From: Patescibacteria group bacterium
GTDB taxonomy: Bacteria > Patescibacteriota > Minisyncoccia > Phycocordibacterales > GCA-2747955
DNA length: 64,000 bases
Direction of reading: 5' to 3'
Assembly: GCA_048538215.1 (NCBI GenBank)
Contig: JBLYPV010000001.1
Location: 75,495-139,494 of the forward strand
Shown here: piece after piece, positions 28,356 through 38,330 of the stretch
Position numbering within the stretch: position 1 is the first letter of the stretch
Layout of the letters: each line of letters starts with the position of its first letter
Program-made: the position numbers and the translations under genes
Notes under the pieces: generated by a model
What the model was told of the DNA's origin: nothing
The model's database searches: none
What the model saw: only the letters and a program-made list of their open reading frames with translations

Positions 28356-28489
28356 GTAGATCATACCTTATTGCAAAATTGCAAAGATAGGCATTACAAA
28401 TTTTCAATATTTATAAATGAAAATTGTCTGGGCATTATATACAAAGCGTAGTAAAAATCAATATTCCCAGACATCGGGAGTCTGGGGAG

Positions 28490-29611
28490 CTAGAGCTCCT
28501 TGCTCCGTATCTCTGGCTTCTGGTCTTTGCGCACTACTGTAAAGGGGATGCGCCCAATTTCACGATCAAAATTGGTAGTAATACGCACTCGCCATTCACC
28601 AAGGGCTGGATTTTGTACAAAGGAATACCAGCGAAATCCATCATCTCGTCCGCCGGTAAGATTATATTTGCTTTCTAGTACATCCTGCCACTTTTCAGTT
28701 TTCGGATTATACCACTGCCATTTGTGATAAATAGGAGCATTCAAGCCACTAGGCCCAAAGACCGAAGCCAAAATAAACACCGTATCACTCGCAGATGTTT
28801 TTACAAATTCTCTACGATCAAAATATTGATTGATTTGCCACCAAGGCTCATATTCATAGGTGACCGTGTAAGTAGATGGCCCACTACGGATGACGCTGTA
28901 GTAAATATCACCGTGCTTGAGAGAGAGGGGGATAGGGGGGATAATATTGGCAAAATAGAGTAAATTAAAAATTACAAAGATAAAAAAGATATTTCGTCGG
29001 ATTTTCCACCGTCGCCTATCGCTAATACTTGGTAGGAGAGCATACATCCCTTTCAAGTAGATTGCGATAAGAGCGATACTCACTATCCCCGAAAGGATAA
29101 AAATCATATCACCCACCATACCAAGCATCGTAGGTACAAAGAAAATTGCCATTGCAAGAATAGCTCCAAAGAGCATCCCTGTTTGCACTTCAAGACGCCG
29201 ATAGTAATCACGCATCCTATCATTTGCCAAGAAGAGTAAAATAAGGGCTAGCATAAATGGCCAGGCCACATACCAAGAAGCAGATTTAGAATAGAAAATC
29301 ACGAAGCCAGACAATAATCCACCAAATGCAAATTGAGCAAGATAGAGAGCAAGAGGAGAAAGACGATGGATGATCTCGCTTCCAAATCGCTCTTCAATAT
29401 CAGTATTAATTATCAAAATCGCGAGCGCCCCCAGAAAAAGATAAGTGAGAAGAATGGCATTATCAAACCACTGGTCAATTCGATTAAGAGTGATCAAGTC
29501 TAAGCCAAATCCGCCCACAAAAGCACCCGATGTCACCATACGCTCATTGGTGCGCACCCATTCTTTGAGTCGGCTGATATTGTCTTTAGTACGGTGGTAT
29601 CGATGCTTCAT
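28490..29611 (-). CDS. DUF2914-type membrane protein
   Basis: Multi-TM N-terminus, IPPIPLSL, GGRDDGFRWYS, GEWRV. Confidence 0.8.
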   Translation of the reverse strand: MKHRYHRTKDNISRLKEWVRTNERMVTSGAFVGGFGLDLITLNRIDQWFDNAILLTYLFLGALAILIINTDIEERFGSEIIHRLSPLALYLAQFAFGGLLSGFVIFYSKSASWYVAWPFMLALILLFLANDRMRDYYRRLEVQTGMLFGAILAMAIFFVPTMLGMVGDMIFILSGIVSIALIAIYLKGMYALLPSISDRRRWKIRRNIFFIFVIFNLLYFANIIPPIPLSLKHGDIYYSVIRSGPSTYTVTYEYEPWWQINQYFDRREFVKTSASDTVFILASVFGPSGLNAPIYHKWQWYNPKTEKWQDVLESKYNLTGGRDDGFRWYSFVQNPALGEWRVRITTNFDREIGRIPFTVVRKDQKPEIRSKEL

Positions 29612-29635
29612 TATATATGTGCTAGTATAGCAGAT

Positions 29636-30214
29636 ATGTCGACTCCACTCTATGAAGAATATCTACTTGTAAATATCGTTCCAGAGCTTGCACAGGGGCG
29701 CCCAGATTGGGATCTGCCCCATACACTCAAGGTTGTGGAGTATGTAAAAATCATTACTGATATACATAGTGCAGAGCCTTCTCTCAATCGAGATGTGCTG
29801 ATTATCTCCGCATATTTGCACGACTACGGCTATAGGTATTTTCTTGATGATATTATCCCTCATCGTCCCACATTGGGAGGAAGAGCAAAAGAAGAGCATG
29901 CCCTAAAGAGTGCAGAGAAATGGCAAGAGATTAAAAATCACGAGGTATTTAATTTTTTAAGCGAGGAAGACAAAGATCAGATTGAGCATTTAATTCTTGT
30001 ACACGACAAGGTCTACGATTTGCAAGATATTGATGAGCTTGTTCTTATGGAGGCAGATACTCTCGGAGCGCTCGGGACAAAAAGCCAAGTAGATGTCACA
30101 AGCGATGCCTATCAGCGCTATCTTCGTGCTACTCAAGAGAAAAGAATTAGCCGATTTATTACTCCTTATGCCAAAGATGAGGCAGAGCGATTACTCAGCG
30201 AGCTCCTCATCTAG
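29636..30214 (+). CDS. HD domain protein
   Basis: PHT...AYLHDYG...H...HD...EAD. Confidence 0.8.
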   Translation: MSTPLYEEYLLVNIVPELAQGRPDWDLPHTLKVVEYVKIITDIHSAEPSLNRDVLIISAYLHDYGYRYFLDDIIPHRPTLGGRAKEEHALKSAEKWQEIKNHEVFNFLSEEDKDQIEHLILVHDKVYDLQDIDELVLMEADTLGALGTKSQVDVTSDAYQRYLRATQEKRISRFITPYAKDEAERLLSELLI

Positions 30215-30350
30215 GGGTGTAATTTGTATCATCTTTAGTAAATTCTGTGGATAACAAATATAGATAGCTAATACTTTGGGATTTTAGTCCGGGATTCTCA
30301 AAATGGGCGCTTAATAGGGGGGATAGTTTACGGATGGTACAATATGTTGT

Positions 30351-31310
30351 ATGAATTTAGAAGTCACTACGCTGGCTCTTGCTCTTCCAGTATTTATTAT
30401 CTCACTTTTTGTACTTGTAAAGGGAGCAGATTATTTAATTAGAGGATCAGAAAGAATTGGGCGCTACTTGGGCCTGCCATCATTTGTCATTGGCGCATTG
30501 ATTGTGGGGATAGGTACGTCGCTACCAGAGCTTGCGGCTTCTTTTGCAGCTATTACTGGAGGGTCATCAGAAATTGTGGTCGCAAATGCTGTAGGATCAA
30601 ACATAGCAAATATCTTGCTGGTTGCAGGATTAGCAGCAGTCATTGGTCGCAAGATTGTGACCACCAAAAATTTGCTTGATATTGAGGTGCCACTTTTGGT
30701 CTCTTCCTCAGTACTTTTTTTGGGGACAGCCCTTGATGGCAGAATTACACAATTAGAGTCAAGCCTTTTATTTGCTGGCTTTATTGCGTATATTTCTTAT
30801 CTCTTAATTCACCCAGACGAATCGGAAATTGATGCAGACTACAAAGAGAAAAAGGTAAAAACATTGCACGCAGTAGATTTTATAATGCTTGCAAGTGGTG
30901 GGGTAGGGCTTGTTTTAGGAGCTCATTATCTCATTCAATCAGTACAGGTAATTGCTCAAAGTATTGGAGTGAGCGAGGGAGTGGTGGCAATTTCAGCTGT
31001 AGCACTTGGCACATCTCTTCCTGAAATAATCGTATCAATTACCGCAGTTATGAGAGGCAAAATGGACTTGGCCTTTGGTAATGTGTTTGGATCAAATGTA
31101 TTCAATATCTTGATGATGGTGGGATTTGTGGGGCTTTTTACCGAATTACCTATTGATCCACAAACGATGCAGATTGGGCTACCGGTCTTTGCAGCAGTCA
31201 CCATTATGTTTGTTGTTTCAGCAATGTCTAAACACATTTATATCTGGGAAGGTTTGATGTTTTTGATTGTCTATCTCTTCTTCATTATGAAGATATTTGG
31301 CTTAGGCTAG
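30351..31310 (+). CDS. Ca2+/Na+ antiporter (YrbG/CaCA family)
   Basis: Two GTSLPE / GSN alpha repeats. Confidence 0.92.
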   Translation: MNLEVTTLALALPVFIISLFVLVKGADYLIRGSERIGRYLGLPSFVIGALIVGIGTSLPELAASFAAITGGSSEIVVANAVGSNIANILLVAGLAAVIGRKIVTTKNLLDIEVPLLVSSSVLFLGTALDGRITQLESSLLFAGFIAYISYLLIHPDESEIDADYKEKKVKTLHAVDFIMLASGGVGLVLGAHYLIQSVQVIAQSIGVSEGVVAISAVALGTSLPEIIVSITAVMRGKMDLAFGNVFGSNVFNILMMVGFVGLFTELPIDPQTMQIGLPVFAAVTIMFVVSAMSKHIYIWEGLMFLIVYLFFIMKIFGLG

Positions 31311-31315
31311 AAGGG

Positions 31316-31363
31316 GAGTGATGTAGCCACGAGAGCTTCGGAGTTCTCGTGGCTACATCACTC
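31316..31363. repeat. Long palindrome related to the REP-like family
   Basis: GAGTGATGTAGCCACGAGAGCTT-cg-GAGTTCTCGTGGCTACATCACTC. Confidence 0.75.
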
Positions 31364-31456
31364 ACGGTGTGCCGAATGTCTTCTTGAAAGATACTGAAAA
31401 TGAATGAATTTGACTATTAAGAAAATAAATGTTATTAATAATTAATAATAAAAAAT

Positions 31457-32497
31457 ATGCGAGTAGTAAGTTTTAATCCAGAGCGGATAATTGAATCAAT
31501 ATTAGCTGATTTGCCAGAGCGATCGCGTGATGTTGTACGCAAGCGTTTTGGTTTGCATGGAGGTCGCCGAGAAACTCTCGAATCAATCGGAGATAGCTAT
31601 CACATCACTCGCGAACGAGTACGACAAATCGAAAATCTTGCCAAAGAGCAAATCAAAAAAAGTGAGCACTTTATAAGTGGCGCACACGATGCTTTGGATG
31701 AATTAAAAAATATCGTAGAAGAGATGGGAGGAATCGTTGAAGAAGAGACTTTGCTTGATGCAGTGTCCCCATCAGAAAAGGAGAAAAATCACCTCTATCT
31801 ATTGCTTGAATTAGGAGAATATTTTGGCTACGCCAAAGAGGATGATGATACATACAAAAATTGGTATACCAATGTGCGAAATGCAGATATGGTCAAAAAA
31901 TCTCTTAAAAAATTATACAAAGAATTAGATACTGATGAAATTCTCACCAAAGAAGAGATCCTAGCTCGTTTTATGCAATTGATAGAAGAAGATTTGGAAG
32001 ATGGTGTAGCAGATACTGAGCTTGCAAAAATGTGGCTAGCTATGTCAAAGCGAGTAGGTAAAAATCCTATGGGTCGCTGGGGCCGTACCGATTCATCAAA
32101 TATCAAAACGCGCGGAGTACGAGATTACGCCTATTTAGTATTGCGTGAGCACGGAGAGCCGATGCATTTTAGAGATATTGCCCAAGAGACAAGTAAATAC
32201 TTCAACAAAAAAATTAATACTGCCACTATGCATAATGAGCTTATTAGAGATGATCGCTTTGCTCTCGTGGGGCGCGGGCTCTATGCGCTCAATGATTGGG
32301 GGCTTTATGGAGGTACAGTCAAAGAGCTAATTATCGAAATTTTGAAAGAAAATAAAGCTCCTATGACAGAAGATGCGATTATCAAGAAAGTACTTGATCG
32401 CAAGCTTGTCAAAGAATCTACCATCCGCATCAATCTCAAAGATAAAAAACATTTTTATCAGGATAAAGAAACTAAGCTATATTCTTTAGCAAAGTAG
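31457..32497 (+). CDS. Sigma70 region-4 + HARE-HTH domain protein
   Basis: TLESIG...TRERVRQIE; PMHFRDI...HNELIRDDRFALVGRGLYAL. Confidence 0.8.
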   Translation: MRVVSFNPERIIESILADLPERSRDVVRKRFGLHGGRRETLESIGDSYHITRERVRQIENLAKEQIKKSEHFISGAHDALDELKNIVEEMGGIVEEETLLDAVSPSEKEKNHLYLLLELGEYFGYAKEDDDTYKNWYTNVRNADMVKKSLKKLYKELDTDEILTKEEILARFMQLIEEDLEDGVADTELAKMWLAMSKRVGKNPMGRWGRTDSSNIKTRGVRDYAYLVLREHGEPMHFRDIAQETSKYFNKKINTATMHNELIRDDRFALVGRGLYALNDWGLYGGTVKELIIEILKENKAPMTEDAIIKKVLDRKLVKESTIRINLKDKKHFYQDKETKLYSLAK

Positions 32498-32599
32498 CTT
32501 GTAAGTACTTGTAAGTAGGAGTGCTTGTGCTAGCTCCACCAGCACACTAGTTTCATACACAGTCTAGTACTCGAGCTTGTCGCTCCTAGCTGGTATAAT

Positions 32600-33934
32600 A
32601 TGCAAATGGATCCTGTGCTACTAGGAAATGTCGTCTATTTAGTGCTTTTTGCGCTACCATTTCTTTTTGCGTACATTGTAATTCTTGAACTATGGAATTA
32701 CATACACGAATATTTATGGTACAAGTGGTACCTTGGTAATGAATATATTACCCTCGAGATTCGCTTACCTAAAGAGCAGAAAAAGACTCCTGTAGCGATG
32801 GAATACTTATTTAATGGCTTGTATGAGCCAGGTGATAGTAGTGGATGGAAAGAATCATGGTTTGGGGTCAATACTTTACCGATCTTATCATTTGAGGTGG
32901 CTTCGATTGGTGGCTCAATACATTTTTTCTTTTGGGTGCCAAAGAAATTTAAGGCTCGAGTAGAAGCTCACACTTACGCCCAATTTCCTCAGGCTGAGGT
33001 GATAGAGGTGCCTGATTATACGCGATTGGTTGATTTTGATTTTGATACCCACAGAATTATGGGCTTTGATTATAGGCTGGAGCGAGCTGATCCCATCCCA
33101 ATCAAAACATATAAGATGCTCAAGCTCGATATGCCTGGCACCAAAGAAGAAGAAAAAATTGATCCTATTACTCAAACACTCGAAGTAATGGCATCAATTG
33201 GGCCTCATGAGCAAATGTGGTGGCAAATTGTGACTCGGGCAAATAAATCGAAATATACCAAAACACTTAGCTTTAGGGAGCGATTGGCAAAAGCCTTCGC
33301 AGATAAAAATCCTCTTCAACTTTTCTATAATGAAAAGACAAATTGGCAAGCACAAGCAAAAGAAGTGATAGACAAAATTCGTGAGCAGTATAAGCCAGCA
33401 TCAAAAGATGAATTGCTCCCTATGGGGGGAATGGCCACCCCACAAGACAATGAATTCCTCAAGCTCGTATCAGAAAATGCTTCTAAGGTAAATTTTGAAT
33501 GCGGTATGCGTACCATTTATTTTGCCCCTAAAGAACATTTTGATAGTGCACAGCCCAGCAATATGGGTAGTATGTTTAAGGCGTATGGAGCAGGAGAGCC
33601 ATACAATAATTTCAAACCAGCCTTTGTGGCAGCCACGAATGATAAATGGTGGGAGCCAGGGCAGGGGGAGGCGATTACTGAGCTCAAAAAATTAATGCAT
33701 CCCGATTACGCAGGTAGGAGATTCTTTAATATGCATGGCACTGTGGGATATGGCTATTATAAAAATCAATATACTACCTTTGCTTTGTCTACCGAAGAAT
33801 TAGCTACTCTCTACCACTTCCCAGGCTCCGTATCACAAACACCTACCTTCGAACGAATTCCGAGTGCCACCTCTCAAGCCCCAGCTAATTTACCCATCGG
33901 TGGCTCTACTTTTGCTCATCTACCGAGAACTTAA
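32600..33934 (+). CDS. Conserved CPR-type membrane-anchored hypothetical protein
   Basis: N-terminal TM, LEIRLP, SFEVAS, EELATLYHFP; true start may be ATG 32606. Confidence 0.7.
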   Translation: MQMDPVLLGNVVYLVLFALPFLFAYIVILELWNYIHEYLWYKWYLGNEYITLEIRLPKEQKKTPVAMEYLFNGLYEPGDSSGWKESWFGVNTLPILSFEVASIGGSIHFFFWVPKKFKARVEAHTYAQFPQAEVIEVPDYTRLVDFDFDTHRIMGFDYRLERADPIPIKTYKMLKLDMPGTKEEEKIDPITQTLEVMASIGPHEQMWWQIVTRANKSKYTKTLSFRERLAKAFADKNPLQLFYNEKTNWQAQAKEVIDKIREQYKPASKDELLPMGGMATPQDNEFLKLVSENASKVNFECGMRTIYFAPKEHFDSAQPSNMGSMFKAYGAGEPYNNFKPAFVAATNDKWWEPGQGEAITELKKLMHPDYAGRRFFNMHGTVGYGYYKNQYTTFALSTEELATLYHFPGSVSQTPTFERIPSATSQAPANLPIGGSTFAHLPRT

Positions 33935-33948
33935 AGATACAATATATA

Positions 33949-34956
33949 ATGCATCCACGAGAAGTACAATCAAATAATCTATTTCGTCGCTATCACCTAC
34001 CTACCCTAGGGGCAATTTTTGGAGGAATTATTATTTGTACAGCTACGCTATGGTATATATACAAGCTCCCCTATAGCCCCCCGGGAATTACGAGCTTGGA
34101 TACCTATATACAAATTGCTCCTGGTAGTACAGCTAGTGGAGTGGCAGAACAGCTTGAGACCCAAGGAGTTATCCGTGATGCAGGGCTATTTATCATACTA
34201 CTGAGAGCACAAAACCTTACTGGAGAAATTAAAAGTGGCACCTATTATTTTAATGACCCGGAAAGCTTAGACACCATTATCGATAGAATTACTTCAGGCC
34301 GGTATGGCTTGCCCACTATCAAGATCACTTTGCCTGAGGGGCAAGCAAATTATCAGTATGCCAACCTATTAGCAGAACGCCTAGAATATATCTCAGCTTC
34401 TCGTTTTCGTACCCTTGCTGCGCCTTATGAGGGCTATCTATTCCCTGATACCTACTTTTTCCCCAAACGTAGCACTGCTCAAGAGCTTATTGACATAATG
34501 CGAGCACAATTTGATAAACAAATTACCCCTCTAGCGGGAGAAATTGAAGCATCACCTTATACTTTAGATGAGATAGTCATTATGGCATCATTGGTAGAGA
34601 GTGAAGCAGGAAGTGCTAGCTACGCTACAAAACAACGCGTAGCAGGTGTCTTATGGCGCAGAATTAAAGAAGGAATGCCTCTGCAGGCAGATGCAGTATT
34701 TAGCTATATTTATCAAATGCACTTACCACGAGTACTTTATCGACATCTCGAAGTGGATTCTCCATATAATGTGTATAAAAATGGAGGGCTTCCCCCAGGC
34801 CCAATAGGTAATCCGGGGATTGATTCCATAAAAGCTACTCTTGATCCCATCGATGAAGGCTATCGGTATTATTTGACAGGCAATGATGGCACCTTCCATT
34901 TTGCTAAAACTTTAGTAAAACACGAGCAAAATCGTAGTTTATATCTTCAATACTAA
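33949..34956 (+). CDS. mltG: Endolytic transglycosylase MltG
   Basis: EGYLFPDTY, ASLVESE, LQAD, SPYN.Y..GLPPGPIGNPG. Confidence 0.93.
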   Translation: MHPREVQSNNLFRRYHLPTLGAIFGGIIICTATLWYIYKLPYSPPGITSLDTYIQIAPGSTASGVAEQLETQGVIRDAGLFIILLRAQNLTGEIKSGTYYFNDPESLDTIIDRITSGRYGLPTIKITLPEGQANYQYANLLAERLEYISASRFRTLAAPYEGYLFPDTYFFPKRSTAQELIDIMRAQFDKQITPLAGEIEASPYTLDEIVIMASLVESEAGSASYATKQRVAGVLWRRIKEGMPLQADAVFSYIYQMHLPRVLYRHLEVDSPYNVYKNGGLPPGPIGNPGIDSIKATLDPIDEGYRYYLTGNDGTFHFAKTLVKHEQNRSLYLQY

Positions 34957-35019
34957 AATACATTATTATAAAACAAACAAGCTCTTTTGGAGCTCGTTTG
35001 TTTTAAATGAGTAATGAAT

Positions 35020-35460
35020 CTAGCTCACCGTGAGCTTGGTGCGACGATCTTTATCTATTTTGGGAAGAGTAATATGAAGTACTCCATGTTTTGATTTAGC
35101 TTTAGCTCCTTCTATATCAATTTCTTTTGGGAGAGAAATAGTGCGGGCAAAGACTCCCCATGAAAGCTCTTGCTCGTAGTAATTTTCGTCACTTATACTA
35201 GCTTCGCGATAAGATTGACCCTTCAGGGTGATGCTATCTCGTGCAATATCGATGTCTAGATTTTCGGGATTAATTCCCGGAATAAAGGCTTTGATATATA
35301 GATTATTTTCATCTTGATACACATCAACAGCAAGGGGCTCATCTTCTTTTATTGGAGATTCATCATCCCATAGTGATTCAATATCCTCGCCCCCTAAATC
35401 TTCGAAAGCATCATACTCATCATCTGTGTGTCCAGTAATTTTATTAAATAGTTTACGCAT
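35020..35460 (-). CDS. Hsp20/alpha-crystallin small heat-shock protein
   Basis: LAVDVYQ, ELSWGVFARTISLP, GVLHITLPK. Confidence 0.92.
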   Translation of the reverse strand: MRKLFNKITGHTDDEYDAFEDLGGEDIESLWDDESPIKEDEPLAVDVYQDENNLYIKAFIPGINPENLDIDIARDSITLKGQSYREASISDENYYEQELSWGVFARTISLPKEIDIEGAKAKSKHGVLHITLPKIDKDRRTKLTVS

Positions 35461-35525
35461 AAATTTATGATTATGTATTTTTAGTATACCAAATTATTGC
35501 ATATGCTCCAGAGGATATATACAGG

Positions 35526-36254
35526 TTAAAACTCATAATTATTCCAATCAATTTCTGGCGGACAAGAGGGCGCACGCAGGAGCTCGATAGCGATGACGAT
35601 AAACATAAATAAGAACCAGGTGGCGGCAAAAGCGAGGATCACTGTATGTGCACTCTCTCCTGTTACTAAAAAATTGAAGCCAAGATGGATGATGACGGCA
35701 AGCAAAAGCCCAATAATTAAGCCAAAAAATTTTATAATTTTTGATTTAAAAAATACGAGTGATAAGCACACCCCCACTACTCCCGTGGCCACCATATGAA
35801 GAATAGTAGCTCCAATGATCCGCTTACCTCCTTCTATGGTGGCAATATCTAAATTGAAATTATTTAGATATTGCAAAAAGTAGAGAATATTTTCGAGGGC
35901 AGCAAAGCCTAGCGCGGTAGTGGTGAGATAAATAATTGGGTCAATTCTCTCATTGTAATAAGGATTGCCTTGTATAGAGCTAAACCAAGCGCCAATGTAT
36001 TTAGCATACTCTTCCACTGAAACAAACAAAATCATAGCAAGAAAAGTGCTTGTGCCAAAAAGTGTTACGACAAGTGATTGGGTAGGGAGAGTGAAAAGAG
36101 CAGCAAGGCCACCAAAAATAAATGCACTAAAAAGGTGTGTTCGTGGCTCTGGACAAAATCTATCACGGCGAGACCAAAACAAAAGCCAAAATACCGAGGG
36201 AATAAGAGAGCCAGCAAGGGCAATCATAACAAGCTCTTGTGGGGTATCAAGCAT
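35526..36254 (-). CDS. PrsW family intramembrane metalloprotease
   Basis: EEYAK, GFAALEN, two conserved His. Confidence 0.88.
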   Translation of the reverse strand: MLDTPQELVMIALAGSLIPSVFWLLFWSRRDRFCPEPRTHLFSAFIFGGLAALFTLPTQSLVVTLFGTSTFLAMILFVSVEEYAKYIGAWFSSIQGNPYYNERIDPIIYLTTTALGFAALENILYFLQYLNNFNLDIATIEGGKRIIGATILHMVATGVVGVCLSLVFFKSKIIKFFGLIIGLLLAVIIHLGFNFLVTGESAHTVILAFAATWFLFMFIVIAIELLRAPSCPPEIDWNNYEF

Positions 36255-36470
36255 AGCTCTATTATTATGACATAAAATTATCGTTTTTATCTGTGGACTA
36301 ACGATTAGTAGCTAGTAACTAGTTTGTTGGTAGGCTAGTGTTCTGGTGGTATTTATTGTGCTTGATCGATATAAATAATAAAACACATCAAACTTTTCTT
36401 TTTGTTATAAAGCCAATCCTATTCAAACAAACCAGTCTACTAGATACCAGTAGACCAGAATGCCCGTATG

Positions 36471-36542
36471 TCCTCCCGGCGGGAATCGAACCTGCATTTA
36501 ATCCTTAGGAGGGATTTGTTCTATCCATTGAACTACAGGAGG
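36471..36542 (-). tRNA. tRNA-Arg(CCT)
   Basis: Reverse strand CCTCCTGTAGTTCAATGG...CTCCTAA...GTTCGATTC. Confidence 0.9.
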
Positions 36543-36657
36543 AGGAATAATTATGCATACTCTCACAAAATAAGAGTTATGACAATTTTGTCCATTATAC
36601 AATTATATCCCCAGAATCAATCTCGCAGCCAAGCACGCATCGTGATACTATTGCAAT

Positions 36658-37863
36658 ATGACGCTGTATAAGTACTCTGCTATTGATCGTGATGGCAATG
36701 AGCGTGCTGGTGAAATTGAAGCGCACAATCAGGACATCGCGATTAATTCCTTGCAAGAGCGAGGGTTTATCATTTCTTCTATTAAGGAGGCAAGTGCCAA
36801 GGGGCTACTTGAGATGAACATTACCTTAGGAGGTGTAAAGAATAAAGATATCGTTATTCTTTCCAAACAGCTTTCTACTTTATTTGAAGCCCAAGTGTCT
36901 GCGCTACGGGTGTTCCGTCTTTTGTCAGCCGAATCAGAATCACAAATTTTGCGTGAGACACTTGAGGAAATAGCTGCCGATATTTCAGATGGATCTTCTA
37001 TTACCAATGCTCTCAAAAAACACCCCCAAGTATTTTCCAATTTTTATGTCAATATGGTGGCAGCGGGTGAGCAATCAGGAAAGCTATCCCAAACATTCAC
37101 CTATTTGTCTGATTACCTTGATCGTTCATACGAGCTGACATCAAAGGCAAAAAATGCCCTTATTTATCCCGCTTTTATTGTGTCGGTCTTTGTCATTGTA
37201 ATGTATCTGATGATGACTATGGTAATCCCCAAGATTTCCAAGATTCTTACCGACGCGGGCCAAGAGCTACCTTTCTTTACCAAGGTCACTATTGGGGTGT
37301 CAAATTTTCTGGTAGATTATGGTATTTTTCTCATCATTGCTTTTATTATCGGTGGCTTCTTTCTGTATCGTTATTCTCAAACAGAAGCAGGGTCTACTAT
37401 ATTTGATGATGCCAAGCTCCGTATACCTTATGTAGGTACTCTATATGAGAGGCTTTACCTGGCGCGCATATCGGGCAACATATCTATGATGCTCGCCTCG
37501 GGTATTTCAATGGTTAAAACTCTGGAAAATACAGCTTCGGTTGTAGACAATAAAATATACGAGAATATCTTACTCGATGTCACGGATCAGGTGACTAATG
37601 GTAAATCAGTATCTGAAGCATTTGCTACCTATCCACAAATCCCTGGTATTTTTACCCAAATGGTCAAGGTGGGTGAGGAGACAGGCCGCATTTCAAATGT
37701 ACTCGATACTATGGCAAAGTTTTATGAGCGAGAGGTGGTAAACGCAGTAGATTCTTTAGTAGGATTGATTGAACCTATAATGATTGTGCTTCTCGGTGTG
37801 GGCGTTGGTGGGCTTCTCGCTTCCGTGCTCATTCCAATTTACAATATTACCGGTACCGTCTAG
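36658..37863 (+). CDS. pilC: Type IV pilus / T2SS platform protein (PilC/GspF)
   Basis: Two T2SSF repeats: GEQSGKL...ALIYP; GEETG...LIEP. Confidence 0.92.
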   Translation: MTLYKYSAIDRDGNERAGEIEAHNQDIAINSLQERGFIISSIKEASAKGLLEMNITLGGVKNKDIVILSKQLSTLFEAQVSALRVFRLLSAESESQILRETLEEIAADISDGSSITNALKKHPQVFSNFYVNMVAAGEQSGKLSQTFTYLSDYLDRSYELTSKAKNALIYPAFIVSVFVIVMYLMMTMVIPKISKILTDAGQELPFFTKVTIGVSNFLVDYGIFLIIAFIIGGFFLYRYSQTEAGSTIFDDAKLRIPYVGTLYERLYLARISGNISMMLASGISMVKTLENTASVVDNKIYENILLDVTDQVTNGKSVSEAFATYPQIPGIFTQMVKVGEETGRISNVLDTMAKFYEREVVNAVDSLVGLIEPIMIVLLGVGVGGLLASVLIPIYNITGTV

Positions 37864-37958
37864 ATATATTTTATCAAGCCATATACAGAATAGAATATCG
37901 CAATAAAGTGATAAGCACTGTTGCATTATAAAGATTATCTGATAAACTACTCGCTACT

Positions 37959-38177
37959 ATGAGTAGCCGAATGCGAGAGACAAAAGGACATACAGGGAAT
38001 CGCCGTAGTCATCACAAGATTACAGCCCCTCGCCTTTCTGTGTGTTCTAATTGCAAAGAATATCACAAGCGTCATTCTGCTTGCGCACACTGTGGCCATT
38101 ACCGAGGTAAGGCGCTTGGTGTGATGAAAACATCTACTACTGCCAGTGTTTCAAAAGAAGAGAGCGGTGCTAAGTAG
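37959..38177 (+). CDS. rpmF: 50S ribosomal protein L32
   Basis: RRSHH, CxxC...CxxCGHY. Confidence 0.93.
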   Translation: MSSRMRETKGHTGNRRSHHKITAPRLSVCSNCKEYHKRHSACAHCGHYRGKALGVMKTSTTASVSKEESGAK

Positions 38178-38190
38178 ACCAAAAGCGATA

Positions 38191-38220
38191 ATAAAAATGC
38201 CCCATAGAGGGCATTTTTAT
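38191..38220. terminator. Intrinsic terminator
   Basis: ATAAAAATGCCC-cataga-GGGCATTTTTAT. Confidence 0.75.
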
Positions 38221-38330
38221 AGACTTATTTATAAATTCTAGTATAATCTAGTATAGGCAAATCTGGTTGTTTAAGTATATATCTTGAACAATAAGATTTG
38301 TTTTATTGATATGATCATTTTCTGACACAT

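Noticed and set aside
36468-36671. Short ORFs overlapping tRNAs (also 51943-52134 and 52294-52533)
   Set aside because: These are antisense translations of tRNA genes.
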